Shown piece after piece: positions 23,487 through 35,864 of a stretch of 60,419 nt of DNA. A program made the translations under genes and the position numbers. The DNA lies in the NCBI RefSeq assembly GCF_001194135.2, contig NC_068984.1, positions 1,542,711 to 1,603,129 of the forward strand, given 5' to 3'. Origin of the DNA: Octopus bimaculoides (lineage: Eukaryota). How positions within the stretch are numbered: position 1 is the first letter of the stretch; each line of letters starts with the position of its first letter. The notes beneath the pieces were generated by a model. That model saw only the letters and a list, made by a program, of their open reading frames with translations, did no database searches and had not been told where the DNA came from.

Positions 23487-24519
23487 GTTCTTTTACTGGG
23501 TGGAGTGGGGTGGGGGAGAAGAAGAAGCTATGGCTTAAGGTAACTCCAGCATTGATATTATTAAATAATCCAGCAAGAAATTAGAGGCTTTGGGTGAGTT
23601 TCTTGAAACCATTTACTTGCAGGAGAGGAGTATTAATTATAAACGGAGGAGAAAAATATACAGGCTTATGTGGCCGAAGATAGAGCAACCTCTTAAGAAG
23701 CCACTAGCAACAGGTTCAAATCCCAGTCAAAGATTCACAGATACACTCTTGCATTTATCTCCGCCATCATTCCCATCTCTTCATCACTCAGAGCACACTT
23801 CTATGAGTTACATTGGTTGCTACCCAACACTTCCACCACTCATACTTATTTCTCTACCCACACATACAATTCTAGCCACCCTTTCTCTCACGGCACCCAA
23901 CCCATTGTTTCCCTCTACCACTTCTCTCTCTCCCCATCTAAGAAGCTTTCATAACATTCACACTGTTTCCCTTTTTTCCTGCCTCTCTGTGCTTCTTTTT
24001 CTCCCACTGCCCCCCCTTCAACACCCCCTTCTCATTCGTCCCCCTCACCACAACCCCCACGCCCCTTTCTTTCCTTCAATATAACTCACTCACGATTCCT
24101 CCCCACCCTAACCCTATTGCTCTCTTCCTACCCTCCTCTCCCTCACCTTTGCTCCATTCTCTGCCCTTATCATTTCAGGTAAATCTAGATACCTCTTTAT
24201 AGAATCCAGCCCTTTTTTCTCAATACCCATCATTAATTCTTTCCTTTTCCCCTGCTCCCTTCTATATCCCCCAGTTCTCTCCATTTACTTACCATCCTTT
24301 ATCTGTCCCCTAAGAACCATTGCCAACTTATTTCCCTTCTGGCACCACAAAAAACCCGCAAACAATACACTCTGTAAAATTGGATAGCGTTAAGAAAGGT
24401 ACCCAGCTGAAGAAACCATGCTAAAGTAGTCTCTGAAACATGAGATAGTTCTCTGCTGTCAGATCCTGTCAAACCAACCAAGCCATAGAAGCTGGCACTG
24501 GGATATTAATAACAATGGT

Positions 24520-24820
24520 CTTGAAAGACGACATTCACTTCCAATTAAGTTTCTGATCCAAATGATTGTAGCATTGCAAACTCTGATAAAGGTATCCATT
24601 ATCCAGGAAACGTTAAACGAGATGATGTGTCAGGCTTAATGCACCACCTCAAAAAATATTGCAGCACCTTATTGCAGAAACAACACGAGAAAGACTACAT
24701 AACTCAGACTCCTTGCTGGTCATTCCATTTTCAGAGTGGTCAAGCTCTTAAACAGGCTGCCATTCATTGCATTTGTGGGAACCACTGATCTTCCGAAGCA
24801 ACTTTCTGTGTAGAGGCAAG
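24520..24820 (+). mobile_element. Degraded CR1/L2-group LINE 3' region
   Basis: ...GHSIFRVVKLLNRLP... resembles the F..RVV..WN.LP motif; preceded by an RTE-like tail fragment at ~24390-24500. Confidence 0.45.
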
Positions 24821-25796
24821 AAGAACAGATTCTTCAGTTGTAAAGCTGCCAAGAATGGGGGGGGGAGTGGGAAGTGAGACAAAGAAAAGGAACAAGGAAA
24901 GAAGAATCATTAAGGAGAGTAAAGAAGAAATGATAGAGAGACGGAGGAAGGAAATTCCACAAAGAAAATTGTGAGGGACAGGAAGCAAGATGAGAGAGAG
25001 AGAGAGGGGGGGGGAAGGAAGGAAGGAAGGAAGCAGTGTCTAAGAAAAGATCAGTTCAGACTGAATCAGCAGGGTTGTCATGAGGTGGTAGAGTTTCAAC
25101 AGAGTCAGGGGTATGTTGATGAGAGTAGGTGTGTCAAAGAAGCATTGGCAACCGACTTCTGAGTGGAGGGGGATATTTATAGGAGGGAAATAGAAACAGA
25201 AAAGACAAACAAAAAAAGAAAACATCACATATTAGATAATGGACCCCCAACAGGGATGAGATGAATGGCGGGAGATGGGATTGTATTGGTTTGTAAAATT
25301 CATGGATAACACAAGTGACCAGATACATTTGGTAAGCTTTTAAACATTTGCTGTGTATATACATGTACACACACACACACAGATGAGTTAAAATTAGCAT
25401 ATTTAATGCAAAGAACATTTTGCACACTTTAAAACTGATGGCTAAATAAATAGAAAATTTGAAGATTGTTTTCTATAAAGTATTTAGCCAAGAGTTTGGT
25501 AACCAAATGAAATACAAGTCTGCACGAAAACAATGACAGCTGGATTCTTTCATAGTCACTATACTATTTCTTCACCTAATTCTAAGGAGTTTGTAAAGTT
25601 AGCAAAGCAATACAGAATTAGAAGAAATTCTATCCAAACTGGCATCGATGCTCCAGTTTTGCAAGCATTCAACTGCTGTGAGCAGGTGTAGGCAAGAGAT
25701 AACCTTTCAAATAGGAAAAACAGGAGAGGAAATTTAAAGCTGTTTAGACAATTAGACACACCTATCTCTTACAGGCTGTAATCTTCATGAACCGAT

Positions 25797-25980
25797 GAGG
25801 GTTGCCTCTATGTGGTTGTTAGAAATAGCAGCAAAGCCATCCTTGCATCATATTGTTTTAAAAAGGGGAAGAACACACTGGATAATGTAGTTGTAGATAA
25901 ATCAGATGGGATGGTCACAACCAGGATCTCTTTGATCATAGGTCTTCCCAATGATGGTTGACCTTGGGCTAAACAACACC
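25797..25980 (+). repeat. Unclassified interspersed repeat, family D (…AGAAATAGCAGC.AAAT…GATGGGATGGTCAC…TTTGATC…GACCTGGGGCTAAACAAC)
   Basis: Similar blocks at ~26680-26860, 28240-28420, 34100-34290, 39690-39850, 47480-47630, 48204-48418 and 56000-56190; tends to end in (AAC)n. Confidence 0.7.
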
Positions 25981-26431
25981 CATTCATAAACTATGTAAAT
26001 CGATCGGCGTAACAATGCTTCAATCTCTAAATCAATTATTTTCACCAAATATTCAATCTTTTATTGATTAAAAATAAACGTTTCTATTAAAATTAAATTA
26101 AAATGAATTATTATTTTTGCTCTTGATGAGTTTTGACAGATTTGTTCTTTCTATCTCACTGACTCAACCCAGGGTGGCCATGTGGTTAAGAAGCCCACAT
26201 CCTGTGGTTTCAGGTTCAGTCCCACCCTGAGCAAGAGTCTTCTACTATAGCTCTGGGCTGACCAAAGTCTTGCAAGTGGATTTGATAGAGGGAAACTGAA
26301 AGAAGCCCATCATATATGTGTGTGTGTGTTTGTGCATACACACACACACACACACATGCACGCAATATTTCCTTGTCTTGACATAACAGGATAGTCTTAA
26401 ATGAGCCCCACTGTCATACAAGCAGAGTCCC

Positions 26432-26466
<35 letters not shown>

Positions 26467-26479
26467 GATAAGTCCAGTC

Positions 26480-26640
26480 TGGCCACGGGGAGAAATCTTA
26501 TCTTACTTGGAAACAGGTAAGGGTTGGTGACAGGAGGGACATCCAGCCATAGAAAATCTGCCTCAACAAATTCCGCTTGACACATGCAAGTATGGACAAG
26601 TGGATGTTAAAGCAGTTATGATGATGATGATGATGATACT
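26480..26640 (+). mobile_element. Short RTE-tailed retroposon variant (AAATCTGCCTCAACAAATTCC...AAGTGGATGTTAAA(GAT)n)
   Basis: Copies at ~4030-4240 (-), 4530-4650 (+), 6640-6700 (+), 18100-18300 (-) and 27760-27920 (-). Confidence 0.65.
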
Positions 26641-28761
26641 CATTGTCACACATGACCCAACAAGGGAGTACAGATAATCATTAGATTTGCTAGAAATAGC
26701 AGACAAATCTCTCAAACTTTCTTTATAAAAAGGAAGGACACATTGGTTAATTTAGTTCTGAATACACTATGTCATAAAAAAAATATAAAATGATCCCAGT
26801 AGAAATGTTTTTGATCAAAGGTTTGTTTGACCAGTACTGACCACTGGCCAAACAACTACAATCACCCACAGACTTTTATAAGATGAGACAATCCATGGCC
26901 AGACATATTGTCACCATTTCCACAGACTGCATTAAAAACTGGAGACTTCCTTCTAGATTTCCTATTCTTGACCCAATGTATAATACATATTCCAGACAAT
27001 GTTCGTGACAGGTGAGAAGACTCAACTCAGCACAGCTTTCCAAATACTTGTAGCCAATTGTTGAGCTCTCAGTCTATCTATTGTATCCCCCCTCACCCCT
27101 CTCTGCCTGCCTGTCTCTCTCCATGTGCCATGTCTACAGATGTTGACAATCACAGAACTCCAAACCAAACTCTGAAGATTATTTTTTTGGGGAAGATACA
27201 GCAGTGGTTTCCCATTGTCTTCTACCAGTTTATTTACAATTCATTCTGCTAGTCTCCTGCTGGTATGGGTTGACAGGTTCCAATAGGGTAGAAGACTACA
27301 TCTTTCTCCAGTTTCTCAGTTTCGGTATTTCTACAGTCGGGTGCCTTTCCTAATGCCAACCACTTTTCAGAGTGTACTGGGTGCTTTTTGTTTATGGCAC
27401 CAGCACTAGTGAGGTCACCATATAACTTGCAACACCAAACAAGGAATGAATATCTTACTAGCATTGTTTTGTAAAGAGAAAAAATTTCTTTTTTTTAAGC
27501 ATCAACTCTATGATGATGATGATGATGATATTGCTGATGATGATTTAATGGTTGTGTGTATTTTGATTTAATAATTAACATTTTTCATAACTATATTTCT
27601 AATGAGTAATCTGCTTCAATTAATATTCAAAATAATTGAGATTTTCAAAAGATTTAGTAAAATACCTGTAACTTCATACACAGTTTTGTGGGTGTGTATA
27701 TATATTGCTATCATCTTTTTATTTTAATGTCTACTGTTCCATGCTGACATTGGTCAGACAAAACTCATTAAGGTAGATTTTGCATGGCCAGATGCCCTTC
27801 CTGTTCTAAACTCTTACCTGTTTCCAAGGTAACATTTCTTTAGGGCCAGGCATATTTTCAGAATTTTGAAAATGAAGAACATTGTATAACAGTAATAGTC
27901 ACAAGTACTGCATAAAGCCAAACCAAGGAGACACAAAACATGCCTCACACACATACACACATGCACGGGTACACACACACACACACGATGAGCTTCTTTC
28001 AGCTTTCTCCTACCAAATCTATTCACAAGGCTTTAAGTCAACCTGGAGCCATAACAGAAGATGCTTGCCCAAGGCGCCATGCAGTATGTCTTTCTTTTTT
28101 TTTATGGTACGGACCAAGTGAAACATCCCAATATCATTCATAGTACGAGGCTTTATTAAAATATGAAGACAGTATGTGTCAGGGGTCAGTATTAGAACTG
28201 TTAATACAATCTGACATACAGCAAAGAAAATTTATCCCGTTTTGGTCAGTGCTAAAAATAACAGCCAAATTTCCCTCAAATCACACTCTATTGTCATAAA
28301 AAAGGACAAATTAGACCCCCCGCATAAATATCTTGTGCCTGATTAAAACAAAAGATGTTCACAAATGGAAAGCTTTTTTATGATCGTCTGCTTGATGAGT
28401 TGACCCAGGGTTAAACAGCCACAGATTTATTCAAGACTTGCTCAAGAAAATCACACATCATCAATCTCAATGACATTTAACAATTTGTGCAACGATAAAG
28501 TTTACTTTTATGTTTATTTTCATTCCTTGTTTGAGATAAGAATGGTACTTTTAGGTAAAAATCTGACACTCAGAATTTCTGAAACACAATATCTAATTCC
28601 AGCTGTTGTTCTTATTTACCATTTTATATCACTGACAAACTCAGAAGGAGGTTAAGTTCGTTATCTGCTAATTACAGATTTACATTAGAGCTGACTCCCA
28701 CAGTCTACTCTAGAGTATATCAGGTTATTTCAATGCACCAACATAATATAATAAAACATTC

Positions 28762-29033
28762 ATTATTTACATTTATATTTGACGGATATTTGTCCTCATC
28801 TTGTTTATTGTTAACACAACATTTCGGCTGATATACCCTCCAGCCTTCATCAGTTGTCTTGGGGAAATTTTGAACCTTTGGTTCTCATTCCTAAGGTATT
28901 TTTCAATGTTATTATTATTATTATTATTATTATTCAGGTCATTGCCTAGAATCGAACTCAGAATCTTGGGGTTAGTAGCCCGCGCTCTTAACCACTACGC
29001 CATATAACTGTGGGCATGTGGCGTAGTGGTTAA
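28762..29033 (-). mobile_element. tRNA-headed, hammerhead-carrying SINE-like element (copy 2) with inverted duplication of its 5' end
   Basis: Head ATATGGCGTAGTGGTTAAGAGCGCGGGCTACTAACCCCAAGATTCTGAGTTCGATTC (A box TGGCGTAGTGG, D-stem GCGT/GCGC, B box GTTCGATTC), (AAT)n, linker, hammerhead 28813-28858. 28988-29005 is repeated inverted at 29016-29033. Confidence 0.85.
28813..28858 (-). ncRNA. Minimal type-I hammerhead ribozyme motif (family HH-A)
   Basis: GACAA CUGAUGA A GGCUG GAGGGUAUAU CAGCC GAAAU GUU GUGUU; identical to the 23309 copy except for one stem-I base. Confidence 0.7.
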
Positions 29034-29084
29034 TGAATTATTATTATTTATAAAAGTAAAATCTGAAATCCAAGGTGAAGATCT

Positions 29085-29830
29085 ACATTGGTGTCACTGG
29101 ATAAAGTTTGTCTTCTTCAGTCATGGAGGTGAAGGCCCCTTCCACTGTGGCAACTGCTGCTTCATCTCCGGGTTGTTCCCGTAGACCCAACTCTTGTCAC
29201 CGGTGGTGATCCTCGACATGGAGGATGGGACATCAGTGACACATTGATGGAGATCTTGACAGACTTCGACACGATGTTCTTTCTGCTCAGCGGTCAGCAG
29301 GGGACAAACTTGGCAGGCGTAAGGATTGCCTGCACGTACTCATATGAGATAGACCAGCAACATCAGCAATGTGGTTGATTGTCCTCCAGTAATCCTCATG
29401 TACAAGCTGATGAATTCTCTCCACATTTCCGGAGGTGATGCTCATGACAAGTCTTCCAGATTATTCATCGTCTTCCGGGGATATTCTTCCGTTTTTGAAG
29501 TGTTCATTCCACTCAAAACATTGCATATGAGCCATTGCTGTAAGTTTGTAGAAGCATGTTCAATGTCTCTGAAGCAGACTTCCCAAGTTTAACGCAAAAA
29601 TTTCATGTTGGCTCTTTGCCTGAACTTCCTGTCCATGACAAAATCACAGACTACAGCATACACGTAATCACAAAGATACAAATTTCACATCTTACAAAAT
29701 ATACACAGCAATGTCACTCAACACACTGCCCCATGAAGGTCACTGCTAGCTCTCACTGTGCACACAACCGTGTGCTGCCATCTGTTGGCATGCTACGGAA
29801 CTAGTCTGAGAACTTTTTGATACCGCCTTC
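29085..29830 (-). mobile_element. Mariner family 2, 5' half of a disrupted transposase with 5' TIR
   Basis: TA + GAAGGCGGTATCAAAAAGTTCTCAGACT, ATG at 29636. QRANMKF/CVKLGKSASET, EDDE.SGR, LLTAEQKEHRVEVCQDL, ITTGDKSWVYG.NPEMKQQ..QWK (first catalytic D). Many stops and frameshifts. Confidence 0.9.
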
Positions 29831-30279
29831 TAAGTCTACAGAATTAAGAAATCTTCAAATATTTCAACACTAAAGTGAAACAAACCTAAGTCTGAGTGGC
29901 AGCTGTTAGCTTTACTTATCTTGATCATTACTTTTGTTTTTTGTTTTTCCAGTTCAATCCACATAAGCCTCAATGTTGTCATCCTGATAACAAAATCAAT
30001 ACCAGTTATACACAGAGTGATTCAATTAACTGTAACTTCTCTCTTACAAAATTGGACTTGTGTTTATTCAAAGAATGTCAAGTTCATCAATAAAGAATAA
30101 CCAATGACCAGAAGTCTACAACTACGTCCCCTCTCTCTGTAATTACATTATCGATTAATATTATTAATTAATCAAATGAAGGATTACATTTATCTCACTT
30201 GTCTGAAATAAAGTCCAAGAGCAGGTAGACTTTGAACTTAGTACTACAAGCTACCAAATGCCACATGTTCCCTTGTTAA

Positions 30280-31090
30280 GTGTTATACAAGCTGCAGGTA
30301 AACAAGACTTCAATGGTCAGTGAACCTCTTGTCCTGCTGCAGTTCTCAACTGGACACCAAAAAAGAAGTGAATTGATCAAATATATCCTATGTGAAATAC
30401 AGGCTTTCCAAGTAACATCTGCTTCTACTTGCATAAACAACTAAATATAATGGATCTTGGTTCCTTTCTTGTTTGCTTATAACTTCAGTCTTTGCTAAAT
30501 TTACTTTGGAGGTCTCTTAATTCAAAATTTTGCTTCTATGTCTAGAATTTCTTCAAGTTACCAGCACACAGCAAATCTGTGCCTGTGGCCTGAAGCTCTA
30601 TAATAAATAAGAAAGGGCTGAGAACTGAACCTTGCTGGATGCCTAGTTGCATAAATTCATTGCTCACTCTCCTCCTGCTAAACTACATTTGGTTTATATG
30701 ACACTCATGTACTTCTAGCTTTTTAGGTGTTTGCTAAACTACAGAGCATGGAACCCAATCAAAGGTCTTTTTTTTTTCAGGTCAATAAATGCCAGATACA
30801 GAAGCAGCTGACCCCTAGTTAAGTGCTGCTGCTCATGTAGTTGTTTGTCTCATTTAATACCTCTTCCTAGCACAAAACCAAGCTGCATCTAATTCCGTTC
30901 CTCATCAATTGTTTTATAGATCTTTCCATACCTTTCATAACTAGGTCCATCAATTTGATGTCCCTAAAGTTGTCTGTTTCTGGTGCATCTACTTTGTCCT
31001 TGTAGCAGTCAATTGTGATACCGAGACATATGGTGGTCTGACACCTGATTTCACGAGATACTACTGTCAGTGATGTCAGAGTCAGCAAGA
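30280..31090 (-). mobile_element. Highly degraded RTE reverse-transcriptase region
   Basis: CYKDKVDAPETDNFRDIKLMDLVMKGMERSI matches the YKGKGDA.D..NYRGIKL.D.VMKV.ERVI RTE motif; downstream remnants of the QGSVLSP and VN..KTK regions. Confidence 0.65.
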
Positions 31091-31278
31091 AGTTCATCAT
31101 GTCAAATCAAATAACGAGATTAATTACTTGGATATATCATTTATAATCAATTTTCTACTCTTAAGAAATATTCTGAAGGTTTGTAGAAACCTCAGAAGAC
31201 TTTGAAGCTACTGGATTCATATATTTTAGATAAAAGATTGCTCTACAAATTGATAATTATTAATATTAATTGAAGAGA

Positions 31279-31495
31279 AGGTAACGAGCTGGCAGAATCG
31301 TTAACACCCCAGCAAAATGCTTAGTGGTATTTTGTCCATTTTTATGTTTGAATTCAAATTTTACCAAGGTCAACTTTGCCTTTCATTCTTTCGGGGTGGA
31401 TAAAATAGGGTACCAGTTGCATACTGGGGTCAACGTAATTAATTTACTCCTTCCCTTGAAATTGCTGGCCTTGTGCCAAAATTTGAAATTTTTTA
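31279..31495 (+). mobile_element. SINE family A
   Basis: GGTAACGAGCTGGCAGAATCGTTAAC...GTCAACTTTGCCTTTCATTCTTTCGGGG...GGCCTTGTGCC. Confidence 0.85.
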
Positions 31496-32189
31496 CAGAA
31501 CTCTAAATTATGACCAATCATCATCATCATCATCACCATCACCATTTTTGATGCTGGTCTAAGCTGGAGAGATTATCAGGTTCTGAAACAGTCATTACTA
31601 GGAGCCAAGGACCTCATAGAAGGATAAGAAGACCTTGACTAGGGTAACTGGGGTAAAAACGAGGGGACATATAACAATAATAGAGGTGGACAATGGTAAA
31701 TGGTGGAAGACGACAGAAGCAGCTGAGGGAAGAGTGAGTTATGACTGGCAGTACATAAAAAGGGGGGAAAGGGTTAGGGTTGATTGAGTAGACCCAGGTT
31801 CAGTGTGGTCTTTTATTCATGATGGGGAGAGATGAAGTGGTGGTGGTGGTGGTAGGAGAATTAAATATAGGAAAGTCTCATAGTATCCATCATACATAGA
31901 GAGATAAGTAACAGAGAAAGATGTCTACTGGTTAGGTCATTGAGCTGCTTATGGTTGGGGTTAGGGTAGGATTTCAGTTGATGGTGAAAACTGTATCTAA
32001 AGCAAGGCTTTCACTGCTGATCTGGTGGTGTGTGTTTGCAGTGAATACCATTACTGCAACGATTGATAGAAACACTGAGACTATGAATAACTTCAATGGG
32101 GTGCACCTAACGGCCCCACGTCTCTGGGCTGGGCTGCACACCTGATGACCAGTGGTAAGAATAACAGTAAGTCGACTCTGTTGTACAAC

Positions 32190-32745
32190 CAGTCCCAGGC
32201 AGTGGCTCTCATGGCTTCTCATCTTAACTGATTGGAAGTGTTATCATGTACATTGTTTTGTCTTGGTATAAAAAGATGGGCCACAGCAAATATTCTGCTC
32301 AATACCACAGATTTGCTTGTCAGTTGTTTGACCTTAACCAGTTGAGCATGTCTCTTGGTGGCTGTGAATCTCTGATCACGAGTAGAAGTAGTTGGGGAGC
32401 ATCATAGTCATGTGTTGAGAGGAATCCTTTGGGGTTTGGATAATTCACCTCTGGAAACATGGGTGTTTCGTTCAACATCCTTAAACAACCCTTATTCAGG
32501 GACCTTTTGAATGGGATGGGCTACTCGACCTGAAGAAAATTATCAGTGGGCCGCACCTGCAAGGTCATGTGCTGTTAATCTTGATATGAGGTTACCATGC
32601 TGCGCACATATGGTTGTGATGCATGTGCCTGGTGTACCCTTATCAGACGGGTAGCATGATGGGTATACTGGGCTTCGTATATCTGTATCCCAGTGTCACT
32701 TTGGTGGCATGCACTGCTCTCTCACTCAATAATAATAATAATAAT
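32190..32745 (+). mobile_element. Putative retroposon 3' region ending in (AAT)n
   Basis: Relatively GC-rich non-coding block that ends abruptly in an (AAT)n run; no second copy in this window, so the assignment is weak. Confidence 0.3.
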
Positions 32746-35700
32746 GATTGCAAATTTTGGCACAAGGCCAGCAATTTTAGGGGTGGGGCTAAGTTGTTTA
32801 TATATATCTAGGACTATATTATCCAATATGTCCTTCTTTAATTACGAGAGTTGGGTGTGATTTGTGAGAATTTAGCTGCTAATTCTCACAACTCAAGCAG
32901 TCAGGTTGAGGCATTGATTGTTTACTGTGTTTGTGTCAGAAGAGATAGGTGTAAGTCAGCTGAGACATAAAACGGAACAGAGTGAGGGAAGGGGTCAGGG
33001 ACAAATGAGATTGTAAGAAGTCCAGGCAAGTCGTACAATCCTTCAACGTATTTTAACAGTTTGAGCGAAGTAACTCCATTGTTTATGAAGGGGAAGCAAA
33101 GCAACGACAAAATGTTTTGTTAGTTTCTTTATCGTTCATTTCATTATTATTTATACCTTCATGTTTGACAAAGGAAATATTTGATAAAATATAAAGAGTA
33201 TAAAATGTTGGATTAATTGAAAATAATCTTAAATCGAAGCTAATAAGAACAGAGCGAACAAATTTATAACTGAGTTCGAAAAAGAATTTAATATGGGGAC
33301 GATGGTGTATGTAATGTGAGGATGAAGATATGTGTAGAGGTGTTCAAGGATATTCATTCGTGTCGATAAGGATATATGTGTGTATGTACGATATGGTCAC
33401 ATCTCAAGGTGTTGTGCTGCTAATTGGTGAATTACAGGCACCAATTAAAAGGCGATTTAGTTCAAACAGATTAAAAGTCTTGAGCAAACAGCTGGATAGA
33501 ATGTAGAAGTGTTATTACACTTGGGATAATAACTAGAATTTAAGACTTGTGGTTTGCGGTAACAGAGTTACATTTAGAAATATAAAATAGTGTGGAATAT
33601 TTAAATTTTGAGATGGAAAATTCTTCATAGATGAAGAGCAACAAAGGAGTCTTTAGACAATTGCTCAATTTGCTAGAAGAAAAAAAAGCCCCGAAATCGC
33701 CCTCAAACCACATCCTACCCTTTAAAGAAGGACACTAAATAATATCGTACTTTTATTTATTCAGATCCTTCAAAAAAAAAACTTACATTATGTGTGTGTG
33801 TGTGTGTGCACAATCGAGGCCAAATGTAAGAAGCTGCAGTTTGCAATGAAGACTTTTAAAAATTAAACAGAAAAAAATAACACCTGGATTGGAAGGTCGC
33901 TTTTTGTGATAAAGTTTGTCTTTGACAAACTGGACTAGGAAGAACCAAACACGTACGAAATAGTGCAAACATACTTTATATTATTCAGTCTCTAAGAGGA
34001 AGGACTAATAAATATGCTAGCAACTTATGTCATACCCTAGGGTGCAACACAATAGCAGTGGGGTCTTTATTAAATAATATGAAGGCAAATCTAGCCAGCA
34101 CGGGCCAAGGAAAGCGCCTCTGTGAGGCCAGCTAGATATTGTTGCCAAATATCCCTCAAAACACAACCTACTGCATTTAATAAGGAAAAGCACATTAGGT
34201 AATGAAGTCATTTGTACACGAATGGAAGGACTTGGGCCACAGATCTGCGTGATTAAGGCTGACACATGGCTAAACAACAACAACAACAAATTCTAAATCG
34301 ATTCGTTTTAAAGTCTTCGAAAGTTCATATATTTACGCAGACACTTTAAGAATTAAAAGATATGATGTGTGTGTTGGTATATATTTATAATGTAATAGTT
34401 TGGTATGAATGAAGCACCTGGGCCCCACATCTTTCGCAGGCTGTTCAAATATTGTGAATTAATCCCTTAATCCCAAACTAAAAGACTTGCTCCCTGGACT
34501 CCTTTCACTTCGAAGATGACGATGCAAAAAAAAAAAAAAAAAAATTGTTCAAAGTGAAAAACTCGCTGATGAGGTTTAAATACTTCAGATCCTTGAATGT
34601 TTTTGATCAATAAAGACCTTCTTACCGTTCTAATAATTCGTAATCACCTGTAATATACATACATACGTCATGCCACCCCATTTACACACACACACACACA
34701 CACATATAAACTGACTTTCAGTAACGTTGATGTTTCCACATGGACACTTAATTTAAAATCTTTGATACACACGAGTGTGTGTGTGTGTGTGGTATGCTGC
34801 TTTGTCTCTGGGTGATATTCTGGGGTCTATTAGGTAATCAAGACAGCAACAAAAGATGTCATATTTCCCCCCAAGACGCTTCATAATAAACTTGTACAAC
34901 AATTTATTAGAGAAAAGCTGATGTAGACAATCAGTTCCGATTTGAGTAAATTCAATATTGAAATAGTTATTGGTAAAATACGTGTGTGTGTGTGTGTGTG
35001 TGTACATGTACATATATGTGTAAATATACGTGTACATGTAGGCATGTGTGTGCATATATATGTGTGGGCGTAAAATATGGATGATTTAAAATTCTTTTTT
35101 TTTTCTCCATAAATGAAATAAACAATGTCTTTAAACGTCGTTCAATGAATCTGGTAGACATAGATACCCACACAAAGATCGTAGTATAAGAACAGTGTCG
35201 TGTTGGCTTTAAAATATTTAACATAAATGTGGATCAGACCCTAAGATATTAACATTGTAGGGGAGAGCAAATAAGATGTGATGTTCATGCTTAGCTAGAA
35301 GCTATTAGCAGTAAAACAAACAACCGAGCTGGTTTTAATTGGAAACATAAAGTACAGCCAGGCTGTGTAACCTCTAACAGTTTTTGAAAGTACGTGTTTG
35401 TGGCAGCAGTTGTTTAGTATTGAAACAATTGTGTCTGATTTTACGAGTTTAATTAATTAAATGCAGACGTAAACACAACAGTTGTAAAGTCGAAATATTT
35501 TGCTTTTAAATTCAGAATCTAATTGTCGTTTTATTATTATTATTTTAATAAAGATTACAGCACCAACAAACAGCGATTACTATTCCATAGTAAAAGAGTG
35601 AGAGAACTTAACAAAAGAAAAGAAAAAGAGATGAAGAAAACAATTCATTTTTTTTAAAAAAAGAGAGAAACAACAACAAAGTTGAAAGTAATGAGAAAGT

Positions 35701-35801
35701 GTTTAAAATAAAGGAAGAGAAGAGAAAAGTAAATTTTTAAGAGAAATGTTGCCGAATGTGGGTTGCTTGAAAGCAGGTACGTGATAAATGGTGTTTCTTA
35801 C

Positions 35802-35864
35802 CAGATAGTCTTTGATAACTTTGCCTGTCGACATCATCTTTTTAATGATCCGGTAGGGTTGCAT
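35802..35864 (-). CDS. APEH: Probable first coding exon of APEH (MQPYRIIKKMMSTGKVIKDYL)
   Basis: ACC-ATG start at 35864, 63 nt, phase-0 donor CTG|GTAAGA. Joins in frame to VEEAISIYREYS and lies in a CpG-retaining, promoter-like region. The join is inferred, not observed. Confidence 0.55.

Noticed and set aside
25503-25691. Protein-like open frame (…KEFVKLAKQYRIRRNSIQTGIDAPVLQAFNCCEQ)
   Set aside because: No convincing acceptor, a weak donor and no recognised homology.
32140-32175. CTGATGA motifs at ~32143, ~34566 and ~56006 as further hammerheads
   Set aside because: No stem II plus GAAA and no cleavage triplet or stem I follow.
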